DNA of 63,593 bases, filler included, from Reclinomonas americana ATCC 50394 (lineage: Eukaryota), in assembly GCA_048213135.1 (NCBI GenBank). It is 24 parts of 24 records of this genome, joined end to end, with 100 filler letters (N's around TTAATTAATTAA, not from the genome) between each part and the next. Parts side by side here need not be neighbours in the genome. Positions count along the whole stretch, not along the records: positions 27,170 to 32,987 come from AFZH01022898.1; positions 33,088 to 34,389 come from AFZH01022899.1; positions 34,490 to 36,822 come from AFZH01022900.1; positions 36,923 to 39,673 come from AFZH01022901.1; positions 39,774 to 41,790 come from AFZH01022903.1; positions 41,891 to 43,419 come from AFZH01022904.1; positions 43,520 to 44,815 come from AFZH01022905.1; 17 more parts are not named here. One strand, written 5' to 3'. The notes beneath the pieces were generated by a model. It did not search any database, had not been told where the DNA came from, and saw nothing but the letters and a program-made list of their open reading frames with translations. This document shows, one piece after another, positions 32,245-43,574 of this stretch. A program made the translations under genes and the position numbers. The first letter of the stretch is position 1, and each line of letters begins with the position of its first letter.

Positions 32245-32863
32245 CACTGTGTGTGTAATGTGACACTCAATGCGCGTGTTTTACTCGTAATTTTTTTGAT
32301 CGCATGCGAGACTTCTCTCACTCACATTATTCATCATCTTTGTGTGATTGCAGCCATGTGCTGAACGAGTTGCGTCTTCTCTCTCTCTCTCTCCCTCGCT
32401 CTCGCTCACTCTCTCTGTGTCTGACTCTTTGTGTGTGTATAGTTGGAGCAGATGCCATCAGCACCGACCACTGGTGCAACGCCACTGGCGAGTGAGGACT
32501 CGGCGCTGACTAATGTTTCGTGTGAGAGAGAAGTGCGTGTCTGTCTGCCTGTGTTTCTGATGGTGTGTGTATGTGTGTAGGCGGTGAATGCGAGCGGCGT
32601 TTGATGCGGTGCGAGGAGGGGAACGTGGAGAAAATGATGATGTTTTTTTGGTGCTTGTTTCAGCGCTCATGAAGCAATGCTGTTGTGATGGGGGTGCAGG
32701 TTGCAGGGAGGAGGGAGAGGAGGAAGAAGGGAGGGGGAAGGGAGGGAGACAGGGGAGGCGATCGCAGGAGGATTGCCGAGAGTGAGGAGGTGCAAGAGAG
32801 AGATTGGATTAGGAGGCGATAGTCGCTGGAGAGGTTCCGGAGTAAGGATTAGTGTGAAATAGC

Positions 32864-32981
<118 letters not shown>

Positions 32982-33231
32982 GAGAGANNNNNNNNNNNNN
33001 NNNNNNNNNNNNNNNNNNNNNNNNNNNNNNNTTAATTAATTAANNNNNNNNNNNNNNNNNNNNNNNNNNNNNNNNNNNNNNNNNNNNCGCCGTCGCCAAG
33101 ACCATCGTGCATAAGCACGGGTGAGGCGGAACCAGTAGATCGCGGCCAGGTTGTTCATCCATAGGGAGTAGCTTGGGATCGCAAGCGAACAGGTCTTGCG
33201 CCCCCTTGCGGGCGCAAGCATTGATTGACCC

Positions 33232-33960
33232 ATGTGGATGCTGCCGGCAGGCGATACCGTCGAGATCCTGGGAGGATTACTTGCGCCCCTGCAGGGCCGG
33301 CGCATCCTCGATATCGGCTGCGGCCGGGGCAATCTGCTGCAGGCGCTGGCCGAGCGAGGCGCCAGTGTTGCCGGGCTCGATCCGGACGAGGCGATGCTGG
33401 AGGTCGCGCAGACGCTCGTGCCGAAGGCCGCGCTGAAGCAGGGCTGCGCCCAGCTCCTGCCCTTCGGCGATGCCAGCATGCACGCCGCGATCTTCCTCAA
33501 CAGCCTGCACCATATCCCCATCCCCGACATGCTGCTGGCGCTGGAGGAGGCCGCGCGCGTCGTCGGCAAGGGTGGCAGCGTCATCGTCGTCGAATCCCTG
33601 TCGGAAGGATCGTTCTTCGATGCGCTGCGACTGATCGAGGATGAGACCGAGGTCCGGCAGGCCGCACAGGATGCGATCGTCAGGGCGAGGCGCCTCGGCA
33701 TCGTCAGCGAGATCAGGCAGATCGAATACGACCGCATCGAAACGTTTCGCGATGCCGAGGCCTTCCTGGAGCGTGCCGTCGTGATCGATCCCGCTCGCGA
33801 GGAGCGGGCGCAGGCAGCGCGCGGCAAGCTGCTCGCGCGCTTCGAGGCACTGTCGGATCACGACAAGGGCGGCTATGTCCTGCACCAGCCGCTGCGGCTG
33901 CATCATCTCAAGGTGCCGTTCGCGGCGAAGCCGGCGGGAACCTCCGCCATGTACGGCTGA
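33232..33960 (+). CDS. Class I SAM-dependent methyltransferase
   Basis: ILDIGCGRG motif I, LPFGDASM, SLHH. Confidence 0.9.
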   Translation: MWMLPAGDTVEILGGLLAPLQGRRILDIGCGRGNLLQALAERGASVAGLDPDEAMLEVAQTLVPKAALKQGCAQLLPFGDASMHAAIFLNSLHHIPIPDMLLALEEAARVVGKGGSVIVVESLSEGSFFDALRLIEDETEVRQAAQDAIVRARRLGIVSEIRQIEYDRIETFRDAEAFLERAVVIDPAREERAQAARGKLLARFEALSDHDKGGYVLHQPLRLHHLKVPFAAKPAGTSAMYG

Positions 33961-33963
33961 GGT

Positions 33964-34389
33964 TCAGCCCGCGCCGGCTGGGGCCGGCAGCCGGGGATCC
34001 TTCACCCGCCCCGGCCATTCGCCGGTGATGCCGGGCTGGACCGGCCGCTCCAAATAGGTCGAGAGCACGACATAGCTGCGCGTCGCGGTGACGCCGGGCA
34101 CGTCGTAGATCTTCGCCAGCAGGCCTTCGAGCGCATGCGTGCTCTCGGTCCGCACTTTTAGCATCATGCAGGTGTCGCCGGCGACCGAATGGATCTCCTC
34201 GACCTCCGGATGTGCCTCGATCGCCAAGAGCGTCGTGGTCTTGCCCCAGCCGGTGGTATCGACATGGACGAAAGCGAGCAGCGTCTTGCCGGTCGCCTCG
34301 GGCTCGATCAGCGCCGCGACCCGCTTGATGACGCCTGAGCGCCGCAGCCTCTTGACCCGCTCATGCGCCGCCGGCGGCGACAGGCCGAC
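33964..34389 (-). CDS. Lrp/AsnC transcriptional regulator, 5' partial
   Basis: VGLSPPAAHERVKRLRRSGVI HTH; EIHSVAGDTCMMLKV. Confidence 0.92.
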   Translation of the reverse strand, partial: VGLSPPAAHERVKRLRRSGVIKRVAALIEPEATGKTLLAFVHVDTTGWGKTTTLLAIEAHPEVEEIHSVAGDTCMMLKVRTESTHALEGLLAKIYDVPGVTATRSYVVLSTYLERPVQPGITGEWPGRVKDPRLPAPAGAG

Positions 34390-34489
34390 NNNNNNNNNNN
34401 NNNNNNNNNNNNNNNNNNNNNNNNNNNNNNNNNTTAATTAATTAANNNNNNNNNNNNNNNNNNNNNNNNNNNNNNNNNNNNNNNNNNNN

Positions 34490-34802
34490 GGCCATCGTCG
34501 ACGACGATCGTGTTGACCGCACCCATGGCGGCGGCCTGCTCGGACAGCCCGTCGAGCAGCGGCACGACCGCTTCCTTGTAGGGGAAGGTGACGTTGATGC
34601 CGGAGAAGCCGAGCCGGCGGATACCGTCGAGCATGGCGGCAAGGTCGTCGCGTCCGGCGCCGGCGGCCTCGATCAGATGGTAATGCGCCTCGATTCCGGC
34701 CGCCCGCGCCGCGGCTTCCTGCGTCGTCGGCGTCGCCGAATGCGCGATCGGGAAACCGATCAGCCCGAGCAGCACCCGCTTGCTCTTCCTGGCGATGACC
34801 AT
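34490..34802 (-). CDS. aroE: Shikimate dehydrogenase family, 3' partial
   Basis: GLIGFPIAHSATP, GINVTFPYKE, GAVNT. Confidence 0.85.
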
Positions 34803-34918
34803 GGTCGCTATTCCATCCCGTCACGGCCCGTCTCGGCGGGCTTGCGCTTCAGCATGCAGCTAAACCGATTTGCAGTCGTAACGCGATAACCAATTCGTCG
34901 CTGCTGCCTAACCTGATG

Positions 34919-35833
34919 TTATCTTTCGGCGGCTAGCCGTGGTGAGACGACCGCGTTCATTTCCTCGCGCAGCAATTTCACGAAGGTTTCGGCATAGAGC
35001 GAGAGCGCCTTGTCGTTCTTCATCGCGACATAGGTCTGGAAGCGGGTCGGCTCCTCGATCGGGATCGCGGCGATGCCCTGCATCGAGCCATGCGCGACGG
35101 TGAACTGGTCGATGATGGCGATACCGAGCCCCGCCCGCACCAGCGAGCAGACCGTGGTGCCGAAGCGCGCCTTGATCGCCATGTCGTAATGCAGGCCCTG
35201 GCGCTGGAAGATCTCGCTCATGATCCGGCCATAGGGGTCGTTCGGGTCGATGCCGATCAACTGATGCTGGACGATCTCGCGGGCCGAGATGCTGCTGTAG
35301 CCGGCGAGTGGATGGCCCTGTGGCACGATGCAGAGCAGCTCGCCCATTGCCAGCGGCATGAAATCCAGCCCGGGATGGTCGAGTTTGTAGCTCATCGCGA
35401 CGATCTCGCCCTTGCCGAGCAAGAGATAGTCGAGCGCCTCCTCGATCTTCAGGATATTGATGTCGATGCGCAGGTCGGGATGCTTGCGCCTGAGGCGCTC
35501 GATCGCACGTGGCACCATGACATGGCAGATGCTCGGCACCGAGCCGAGCTTGAACTCGACATCGCCGCCGCGCTCGATCCGGGCCAGCATTGAATGCAGG
35601 TCGTCGACCTTGCGGTAGACGCCGTTGATCTGCTCGAAGATGTCCTTGGCCTCCGGCGTCGGCACATAGCGGCCCTGCCGGCGCTCGAACAGCTTGAGCC
35701 GGAGCGAGCGCTCGGTGTGCTTCATCAGCCGGCTGATGCCGGGCGCCGAGACATTGAGCAGCTTGGCCGCGCCGGCGATCGTGCCGGTGATCATGATCGC
35801 CCGGATCACCTCGATCTGGCGCAGGGTGAGCAT
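34919..35833 (-). CDS. LysR-family transcriptional regulator
   Basis: LRQIEVIRAIMITGTIAGAAKLLNVSAPGISR HTH plus substrate-binding domain. Confidence 0.95.
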   Translation of the reverse strand: MLTLRQIEVIRAIMITGTIAGAAKLLNVSAPGISRLMKHTERSLRLKLFERRQGRYVPTPEAKDIFEQINGVYRKVDDLHSMLARIERGGDVEFKLGSVPSICHVMVPRAIERLRRKHPDLRIDINILKIEEALDYLLLGKGEIVAMSYKLDHPGLDFMPLAMGELLCIVPQGHPLAGYSSISAREIVQHQLIGIDPNDPYGRIMSEIFQRQGLHYDMAIKARFGTTVCSLVRAGLGIAIIDQFTVAHGSMQGIAAIPIEEPTRFQTYVAMKNDKALSLYAETFVKLLREEMNAVVSPRLAAER

Positions 35834-35985
35834 GGCTGACCGTTCCTCGCCGGCTTCCTGCCGCAAGCGGAGGCGAGGGCTGCCGACCTGTCAAGACGTC
35901 ATGCGTAGCTCGCTCGGACTGATTGACTTTCGCACGATTTGGCTCTCACCTGACCTTAAGTCGTCGATCGCTCCGGGGGGGTGCC

Positions 35986-36441
35986 ATGGCGGACCAGGTT
36001 CACCCGGCGGCGTCGTCTCACCTGCCGGCTTTCATCACAGGTCCGGGTGGCACGGACGTGCTGATGGTGGTCGCGGCGATCATTCTGCTCGCTGCCGTGC
36101 TTGGCGTCGGCCTGCTCTTCCTGCGCCTGCACACTTTGCCCGAGCGCATCGCGCACAAGTCCCACAAGCTGCAGTTTGAGATCGTCGCGGTTCTCGGGCT
36201 GCTTGCTCTGTTCACGCATGTGCATCTGTTCTGGGTGGTCGGCCTGCTGCTCGCCTTGATCGACGTCCCTGATTTCTCCGGCATGTTCAGCCGCATGGCC
36301 GGCGCGCTCGAGAAGATCGCCGGCATCGCGCCCGGCCGCGGTGGCGAGGCGGCGTCCGATATCGAGCACGGCATCGTCCCGCGGGACGACAAGCCGGCGC
36401 CTCCGCCAGTCGTAGCTGCCGCGCCCGCTGGCCAGCGTTGA
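35986..36441 (+). CDS. Small membrane protein upstream of a HlyD-type gene
   Basis: Hydrophobic segments, LHTLPERIAHK motif. Confidence 0.75.
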   Translation: MADQVHPAASSHLPAFITGPGGTDVLMVVAAIILLAAVLGVGLLFLRLHTLPERIAHKSHKLQFEIVAVLGLLALFTHVHLFWVVGLLLALIDVPDFSGMFSRMAGALEKIAGIAPGRGGEAASDIEHGIVPRDDKPAPPPVVAAAPAGQR

Positions 36442-36451
36442 GGAAGCAGCG

Positions 36452-36822
36452 ATGCTCGAACTCCTCGTCTGCGCCCTCTTCACCATCGTCCCGGACTATC
36501 TCTACCGCCGCTATGGCCAGGGCCGGCGGCTGGGCAAGGAGATCACGCTCTATTCGGTCTGGTTCGAACTGCGCTGGGGCATCGTCACCTGTGTGATGCT
36601 GACGGTCGGGCTGATCACCGTGATCTTCTACAACCACCCCTCGACGACATCGGCCACGGTGTTCTTCCGCAGCGTCCCGATCATTCCGGAGATCAACGGC
36701 CGGGTCGCTCAGGTCCATGTCGGTGTCAGCGGCAAGGTCGCGCAGGGCGCGCCGATCTTCACGCTCGACAGCACCAGCCAGCAGGCCGCGGTCGAGACCG
36801 CGCGGCGCAAGCTCGCCGAGGT
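36452..36822 (+). CDS. HlyD-family membrane-fusion protein, 3' partial
   Basis: IIPEINGRVAQVHV..VAQGAPIFTLD biotinyl-lipoyl-like segment. Confidence 0.85.
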
Positions 36823-36922
36823 NNNNNNNNNNNNNNNNNNNNNNNNNNNNNNNNNNNNNNNNNNNNTTAATTAATTAANNNNNNNNNNNNNNNNNNNNNN
36901 NNNNNNNNNNNNNNNNNNNNNN

Positions 36923-37563
36923 GCCGCATATTCGCCGACGCCGTAGCTGCGCGCTCCGGCGAGCAGCTCCGCCTCGGCCTTGATCGCGTCGTCGCGGATG
37001 CTGCGACGCATGAACCAGGGCAGAATGTTGACGCAGACGATGATCGCGCCGAAGGAGCCGAAGATGTAGGTGACGGCGTAGCCGATCGCGACATTGGCCT
37101 GCAGGCGCTGGGTCTCGTCTGCGGCGAGGCCGAGTTTGCCGATCGCGGCGCCGGCCGTGCCGATGATCGCCGACTGGGTCAGGCCGCCCGCCGCGATCCC
37201 GGCGGCGAGCCCCTTGTCGAGGCCGAACATGCGCGCCAGCACGACGATGGTGACGAGGCCGCTGACCGCCAGCACGGTCGCCATCGCGATCTCGCGCAGC
37301 GACTGGCGGCCGAGCGAGCGGAAGAATTGCGGGCCGCTCTCATAGCCGACGGCGTAGATGAACAGTGCGAAGAGAACGGATTTGATGCCGTTGTCGATCG
37401 AGACGCCCACTTGGCTGATGACCACCGCGGCCAGGAGCGAGCCGGCGACGCCGCCGAGCTGGAACTTGCCGAACTGGAATTTGCCGACCCAGTAGCCGAT
37501 GGCCAGCGACAGGAAGAGGGCGATCTCCGGCGATTGGGCGAATAGGGCGTGCAGCCAGGACAT
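36923..37563 (-). CDS. aspT: Aspartate-alanine antiporter (AAE family), 3' partial
   Basis: PEIALFLSLAIGY, LFIYAVGYESGPQFF, AGGLTQSAIIG. Confidence 0.85.
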
Positions 37564-37773
37564 TTGCGATTCCTCGACAGCGAAGTCTTCGGAAACCAAC
37601 TCGTCTGCTTGCTGTTATTGACTAAAATGATAATCGTTCTGATTGTGCTTAGATATACTAAGCAACCCTTGCGAGCTGTGTCCAGCGCGTTCATCCGCCG
37701 GCTGGGCCTAAAGCGTCGCGCCAGAGGCGGCGACCGCGCTTTCCGATATATCTCGCGGCTCGAAAGTATATGC

Positions 37774-38460
37774 TCAGAGCACGTCGCGCACGCGCACCAG
37801 CGTCGAGTCCATATGCTTGCCGATAATGGCCGCCAGCGCCTCGCCGTCGCGCTTCAGCAGCGCCTCGATCATCTCTTCATGCTCGGCCACGGCGCCGGCC
37901 CATTTCTCTGGGCCTTCATTGCCGATGAAGCGCAGGCGCTTGATCCTGGCCTGGAGCGTGCCGTGCATCTCGACCAGCACGTCATTGCCGGAAGCGGCGA
38001 CGATCGCGCTGTGGATCGCCTGATTGAGCTTGAAATAGTCGAGCCGGTTGCGCGCCCGGTAGAGCTCCATCATCTCGTCATGCAGCGCCTTGATGCCGGC
38101 GATGGCCTCGTCACTCGCCTGCGCGCAGGTCATCCGGCCGCCGAGCTGTTCCAGCGTCTTCAGCACTTCGAGAATCTGCAGCAGGTCCTGCGCCGAGAAC
38201 TTGCGGACGATCGCGCCCTTGGCCGGCTGGATCTCGACCAGTCCCTCGCTCGCCAGCGTCTTGATTGCCTCACGCAGGGGAGTGCGCGAGACCCCGAGCT
38301 GCGCCCCGACGGCGCCTTCGTTGATGCGCTGGCCGGGCGTCAGCCGGCCTTCGATGATCATGTCACGCAGCCGCTCCAGCACCTCCTCATGGAGAGTGCG
38401 GCGTGTGATGCGCGGATAGAGGTCCTGCGCCTCGCTCGACATGCCGGCCTCGTTCGTCAT
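37774..38460 (-). CDS. GntR/FCD transcriptional regulator
   Basis: LRDMIIEGRLTPGQRINE..LGVSRTPLREA; EHEEMIEAL. Confidence 0.95.
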   Translation of the reverse strand: MTNEAGMSSEAQDLYPRITRRTLHEEVLERLRDMIIEGRLTPGQRINEGAVGAQLGVSRTPLREAIKTLASEGLVEIQPAKGAIVRKFSAQDLLQILEVLKTLEQLGGRMTCAQASDEAIAGIKALHDEMMELYRARNRLDYFKLNQAIHSAIVAASGNDVLVEMHGTLQARIKRLRFIGNEGPEKWAGAVAEHEEMIEALLKRDGEALAAIIGKHMDSTLVRVRDVL

Positions 38461-38702
38461 CGCGGCTCTCCTTTGTCTTCTGTACGGCATGGCGCCTTCG
38501 CGCTGTCAACGCGAGCAGCCTGGCTCGGACGGCGACCTTCCGACCGGAGGCAACCTCGCCTGTGGACAGGCGAAGCTGCTGCCGGATTCGCGGTAGAGTA
38601 GTGCGATATAGTTATGCTGCATACAGCATACTTGCTTTGGTCGTCCGCACCATGATAGGCGAAAGCCAAGCAGCCGGTCGAAGCCGGCCTCGGGAGGACG
38701 AG

Positions 38703-39673
38703 ATGGACACGAATGCTTCCTTGCCGGTGATCGCGGTCGCGATGGGCGACCCCTCCGGCATCAGCCCCGAACTCACCGCCCGCATCCTGGCCGAGCCCGA
38801 TCTCAGCAAGGCCGCGCGCTACATCGTCTTCGGCGATTACCGACTGTTCCAGCTCGGCGCCGCCGATGCCGGCCTGACGCCCGACCTCCATGTCGTCGGC
38901 GAGGGTGACGCCCTGCCGACTGACGCCGGCAAGCCGGTCTTCGTCGATCTCAAGAACCATGATCCGGCCGATCTCCAGCGTGGCAAGGCGACGCTCGCCG
39001 GCGGCAAGGCCGCGACCGACAACTTTCGCCGCGCATTGCGGCTCGCCGCCTCCGGCAAGGCCGATGCGGTGTTCTTCACCCCCTTCAACAAGGCGGCGAT
39101 GCGCTTCGCCTATCCCGGCTATGACGACGAGATTCGCTTCGTGCGCGACGCGATCGAGTTCGAGGGCCCAGCCAGCGAGTTCAACGTGCTGGAGAAGCTC
39201 TGGAACGCCCGCGTTACCTCGCATATCCCGCTCTCCGAGGTCGCCCAGAACATCACGCAGGAGCGCATCTTGCGCGCGCTCGATCTCGCAGACCGGAACC
39301 TGCGCGCTGCCGGCTTCAATCCCCCGCGCATCGCCGTCGCCGGCATCAACCCGCATGCCGGTGACGGCGGCAATTTCGGCCGCGACGAGATCGAGACGAT
39401 CGAGCCGGCGGTGAAGGCGGCCAAGGCCAAGGGCTATGTGGTCGAGGGTCCGTTCCCGTCCGACACCGTCTTCCTGCGCGCCAAGAACGGCGATTTCGAC
39501 GCCGTCCTGACGATGTATCACGACCAGGGCCAGATCGCGATGAAGCTGATGGGCTTCGATCGCGGCGTCACCCTGATCGGCGGCTTCCCCTTCCCGATCT
39601 GCACGCCGGCCCATGGCACGGCCTACGAAATCGCCGGCAAGGGCATCGCCAATCTCGGCGCCACCCGCGCGGC
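38703..39673 (+). CDS. pdxA: PdxA-family dehydrogenase, 3' partial
   Basis: MGDPSGISPE, INPHAGDGG, GPFPSDT, MYHDQGQI, TPAHGTA; may be the catabolic PdxA2 type. Confidence 0.88.
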
Positions 39674-39773
39674 NNNNNNNNNNNNNNNNNNNNNNNNNNN
39701 NNNNNNNNNNNNNNNNNTTAATTAATTAANNNNNNNNNNNNNNNNNNNNNNNNNNNNNNNNNNNNNNNNNNNN

Positions 39774-41085
39774 GGGGCGCGCTCTTCGGCGGCTCGACCA
39801 CCTCGATCCTGTCAACACCCCGGGCGAGCCATCCTCGGTCGCCACCACCTTCGACGGCCACCCGATGGCCAAGCAGGGCAAGGCGACGGAAGCGCTCTCC
39901 TTCGCTTTCCTCTCGGCCGGCTTTGGCGCCATGGCCGGCGTCATCCTGATTACGCTGCTCTCGGGCTGGGTTGCGCGCTTTGCGCTGAAGTTCTCCTCGC
40001 CGGAGTATTTCGCTGTTTATTTCATGACCTTCGCCAGCTTCGTCGGCCTCGGCGGCGCTTCGCCGTTCAAGACGATCGTCTCGATGGCGATGGGTTTCGC
40101 CTTCGCCTCGATCGGCATGGACTCGGTCTCGGGCAATGTCCGCCTGACCTATGAGTTCGACGTGTTGCTCGCCGGCGTCAGCTTCCTGATCGCGGTGATC
40201 GGCCTGTTCGGCCTCGGCGAGCTCTTGCAGACCATGGAGGAGGGGCTGCGCTTCGACGGGGTCAAGGCCAAGGTCAGCCCGCGTGACGTGCTCGCCACGG
40301 CGCTGAAGCTGCCACGCTATTGGCTCGCATTGCTGCGTTCCAGCATCATCGGCATCTGGATGGGTATCACCCCGGGCGGCCCGACCGCGGCTTCCTTCAT
40401 GAGCTACGCCATGGCCAAGCGCTCCTCGCGCAATCCGGAGAAATTCGGCAAGGGCGAGCCCGAGGGCGTGATCTCGCCCGAGACGGCCGACCATGCCGCC
40501 GGCTCCTCGGCGATGCTGCCGATGCTGGCGCTCGGCATTCCCGGCTCGGCGACCGCGGCGGTGATGATGGGCGGGCTGATGATCTGGGGCCTCAACCCCG
40601 GCCCGATGCTGTTCGTCGAGCGGCCCGATTTCGTCTGGGGCCTGATCGCCTCGATGTATCTCGGCAATGTCGTCGCGGTCATCGTCGTGCTGGCGACCGT
40701 GCCGCTCTTCGCCTCGATCCTGCGCATCCCGTTCTCGATCATCGGGCCCGCGATCGTCGTGGTCTGCTTCATCGGCGCCTATACCGTCGCCAACAAGGAG
40801 TTCGACATCTGGCTGGCGCTCGCCTTCGGCATCGTCGGCTATCTCTTCAAGAAGCTCGATTATCCGATCGCGCCTTTGGTGCTCGCCATGGTCATCGGCG
40901 ACAAGGCGGAGGACGCCTTCCGCCAGTCGATGATCTTCAGCCAGGGCTCGCTCTCGATCTTCTGGTCGAACCCGCTGGTGTCGAGCCTGATGGCGATCGG
41001 CCTCGCGCTCCTGCTCTTCCCGCTGATCGGCTCGACGCGGCGCGGCATCCGCAAGCTGGTGACGGCCCGCGCAGCCAAGGCGTGA
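39774..41085 (+). CDS. tctA: Tripartite tricarboxylate transporter large subunit, 5' partial, 1-nt deletion near 39810
   Basis: PGEPSSVATTFDGHPMAKQG, PGGPTAASF, LALGIPGSATAAV, GLNPGPMLF. Confidence 0.92.
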
Positions 41086-41163
41086 CGGTAAAGATATGGC
41101 TGGCGATCTTGCTGTCGAGCTCGTAACGCGTTACGCTTGCTGCTCGTCATCGGAGATATCGCC

Positions 41164-41379
41164 GTGGCAGCGGTCGCAGAGCGGATGCGCGATATGCGTC
41201 GCAGGCGACGCGAACGGGGCTTGCGCGAGGTGCGCCTGCTCATTCCGGACGCGCGGTCGCCGGCGGTCCGCGCGCGGATCGTTCGGCAGGTCGCGAGGCT
41301 CGATCCTGCCGTGGAAGACGACGCCTTGCGCTGGATCGAATCCGTGTCCGAATTCGACAACCCGGCGAGCGACGATTGA
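41164..41379 (+). CDS. Putative antitoxin (DUF3018/MazE-like)
   Basis: RRRRERGLREVRLLIPDARSP; GGAG before the GTG start; overlaps the toxin start. Confidence 0.8.
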   Translation: MAAVAERMRDMRRRRRERGLREVRLLIPDARSPAVRARIVRQVARLDPAVEDDALRWIESVSEFDNPASDD

Positions 41380-41711
41380 GCTTGAAGCGCGGCGACGTCG
41401 TGATCGTTGCGGCTGCCGGCGACTACGGCAAGCCACGGCCAGCGGTCATCGTCCAGACGGATGCGATTCCAGCCGCACATCCGTCCGTGGTGGTCTGTCA
41501 GCTGACGTCGACCTTGGTCGATGCCTCGGACCTCCGCGTTACGATCGAGGCATCCGCGGAGAACGGCTTGCGCGAGCAGTCGCAGGTGATGATCGACAAG
41601 CCGGTCACCCTCATGCGCGGCCGGATATCCGGTTCCATCGGACGCTTGAGTGCTGCCGAGATGGCGCGCGTGACGGCAGGGCTGGCTTTCGTGATCGGCG
41701 TCGCCGACTAA
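41376..41711 (+). CDS. mazF: PemK/MazF-family toxin
   Basis: KRGDVVIV..GDYGKPRPAVIVQ, NGLREQSQVMIDK. Confidence 0.9.
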   Translation: MSLKRGDVVIVAAAGDYGKPRPAVIVQTDAIPAAHPSVVVCQLTSTLVDASDLRVTIEASAENGLREQSQVMIDKPVTLMRGRISGSIGRLSAAEMARVTAGLAFVIGVAD

Positions 41712-42219
41712 TAGGTCCTGCGATGCAAGGCCGGTGGCGACCGATCGCTACCGTGCTTGTATCGTCGGCGGGTGGGCGATCCGACACCAGNNNNNNNNNN
41801 NNNNNNNNNNNNNNNNNNNNNNNNNNNNNNNNNNTTAATTAATTAANNNNNNNNNNNNNNNNNNNNNNNNNNNNNNNNNNNNNNNNNNNNCCGCTGCATC
41901 CGCAGACGCGCAAAGGCCTGCTCGAGCTCGCGCGCGAGCTCGATCCGCTGGCCCTGCGCTGGGGCAAGTAGCCCAGCATCATCGCTGCCCGTCCCCAAAG
42001 GCGGGCAGCGTCGGATCAATAGGCGCCGATGCCGCCGGAGGGCGGCGGCATGTTGCCCCGTCGATCTTTGGTGATGAACTCCGGCGTCACCAGAAGCATC
42101 CGGGACAACCAGGAAGAGTAGGCAGCAAGCAACTCCATGACGGCACGCATAAGACGCCTCCACGATTGCGGAGGCGATCCTAGCATAAAAATGCACTGTT
42201 TGCCGGCGAATTCTGCAGG

Positions 42220-42588
42220 TCAGGCCTTCGTCCAGACCGCGAGCTCATAGCCGTCAGGGTCGCAGAAGTGGAAGCGTCGGCCGCCGGGGAAATCGAAAGC
42301 GGCCTTGACGATCCGGCCACCTGCGGCCTCGATACCCGTCTGCACGACCGCGAGGTCGTCGGCATAGAGGACCACCAGCGGGCCCCCCGGCCTGACCGTG
42401 CCGATCGTGGTGAAGCCACCCTCCAGCCGGCCATCGGCGAAGGCGCAGTATTCCGGTCCATAGTCTGTCATCGTCCAGCCGAAGGCCTTCTCGTAAAAGG
42501 CGCGGGCGCGCTGGATGTCGGCGACGACGAATTCGACATAGTCGATGCGGCGGTCATTGCTTGATGCGGGCACGGTCGGATTCCTCAT
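42220..42588 (-). CDS. VOC/glyoxalase-family protein
   Basis: IDYVEF..AFYEKAFGW; FPGGRRFHFCDPDGYEL. Confidence 0.92.
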   Translation of the reverse strand: MRNPTVPASSNDRRIDYVEFVVADIQRARAFYEKAFGWTMTDYGPEYCAFADGRLEGGFTTIGTVRPGGPLVVLYADDLAVVQTGIEAAGGRIVKAAFDFPGGRRFHFCDPDGYELAVWTKA

Positions 42589-42823
42589 GGGGTATTGATC
42601 TCATTCTGCTCCGGCATCGTGGCGCAATGCGGAGACACGTCCTGGCGGCAATGACTGCGGACGGGTCGTGCGTTGCCGCCAAGCGGATTTTTCACGGCTT
42701 CGGAGTGTCCAGAGCGCGAATCTCCATGCAATCCTGTGATGTGCAACGTAACGGAAACGCGTTGGCATGCGCGGCCCGTACGCCCTATCGTGCAGACACA
42801 CGATTCCCACTCCGGAGCCCGTC

Positions 42824-43419
42824 ATGACCGCAACCGCCAAGCGCGGCTACGCGCCGGAGATCATCGTCGCCGCCGGCTGTCTGATTGCGCTGATCAGTTT
42901 CGGCCCGCGGGCCAGCGCCGGCTTGTTCCAGATTCCGATGATCTCCCAGTTCGGCTGGGGGCGCGACACGTTCAGCCTGGCGCTGGCGATCCAGAACCTG
43001 CTCTGGGGCCTGGGCGCGCCCTTCGCCGGCGCGCTCGCCGACCGGTTCGGCATGGTCAAGGTGCTCTGCGTCGGTGCGCTGCTCTATGCCGCCGGCCTGG
43101 TGATGATGTCCTATGCCTCGACGCCGATGCAGCTGCATCTCGGCGCCGGCGTGCTGATCGGCTTCGGCCTCTCGGCTTGTTCCTTCAACCTGATCCTCGC
43201 CGCGTTCGGCAAGCTCCTGCCCGAGCAATGGCGTCCGCTCGCCTTCGGCGCCGGCACCGCTGCGGGCTCCTTCGGCCAGTTCCTGTTCCCGCCGATCGGT
43301 AACATCCTGATCGAGACGCTGGGCTGGCAACAGGCGCTGATCGTCTTCGCCTTCACCTTGCTGCCGGTGATCCCGCTCTCGGTGATGCTGGCAACTCGCG
43401 GCGCGAAGCAGCCGGCGGC
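42824..43419 (+). CDS. MFS transporter, 3' partial
   Basis: GALADRFG motif A, multiple TM helices. Confidence 0.9.
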
Positions 43420-43574
43420 NNNNNNNNNNNNNNNNNNNNNNNNNNNNNNNNNNNNNNNNNNNNTTAATTAATTAANNNNNNNNNNNNNNNNNNNNNNNNN
43501 NNNNNNNNNNNNNNNNNNNGCTTCATGATGTCCTCCCTCTGTCGCGCCGGTCTCCGTAAGCCGGCGCGCGATCG

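Noticed and set aside
41164..41711. Toxin-antitoxin pair as a novel defence system
   Set aside because: Ordinary DUF3018-type/MazF module with no unusual neighbours.
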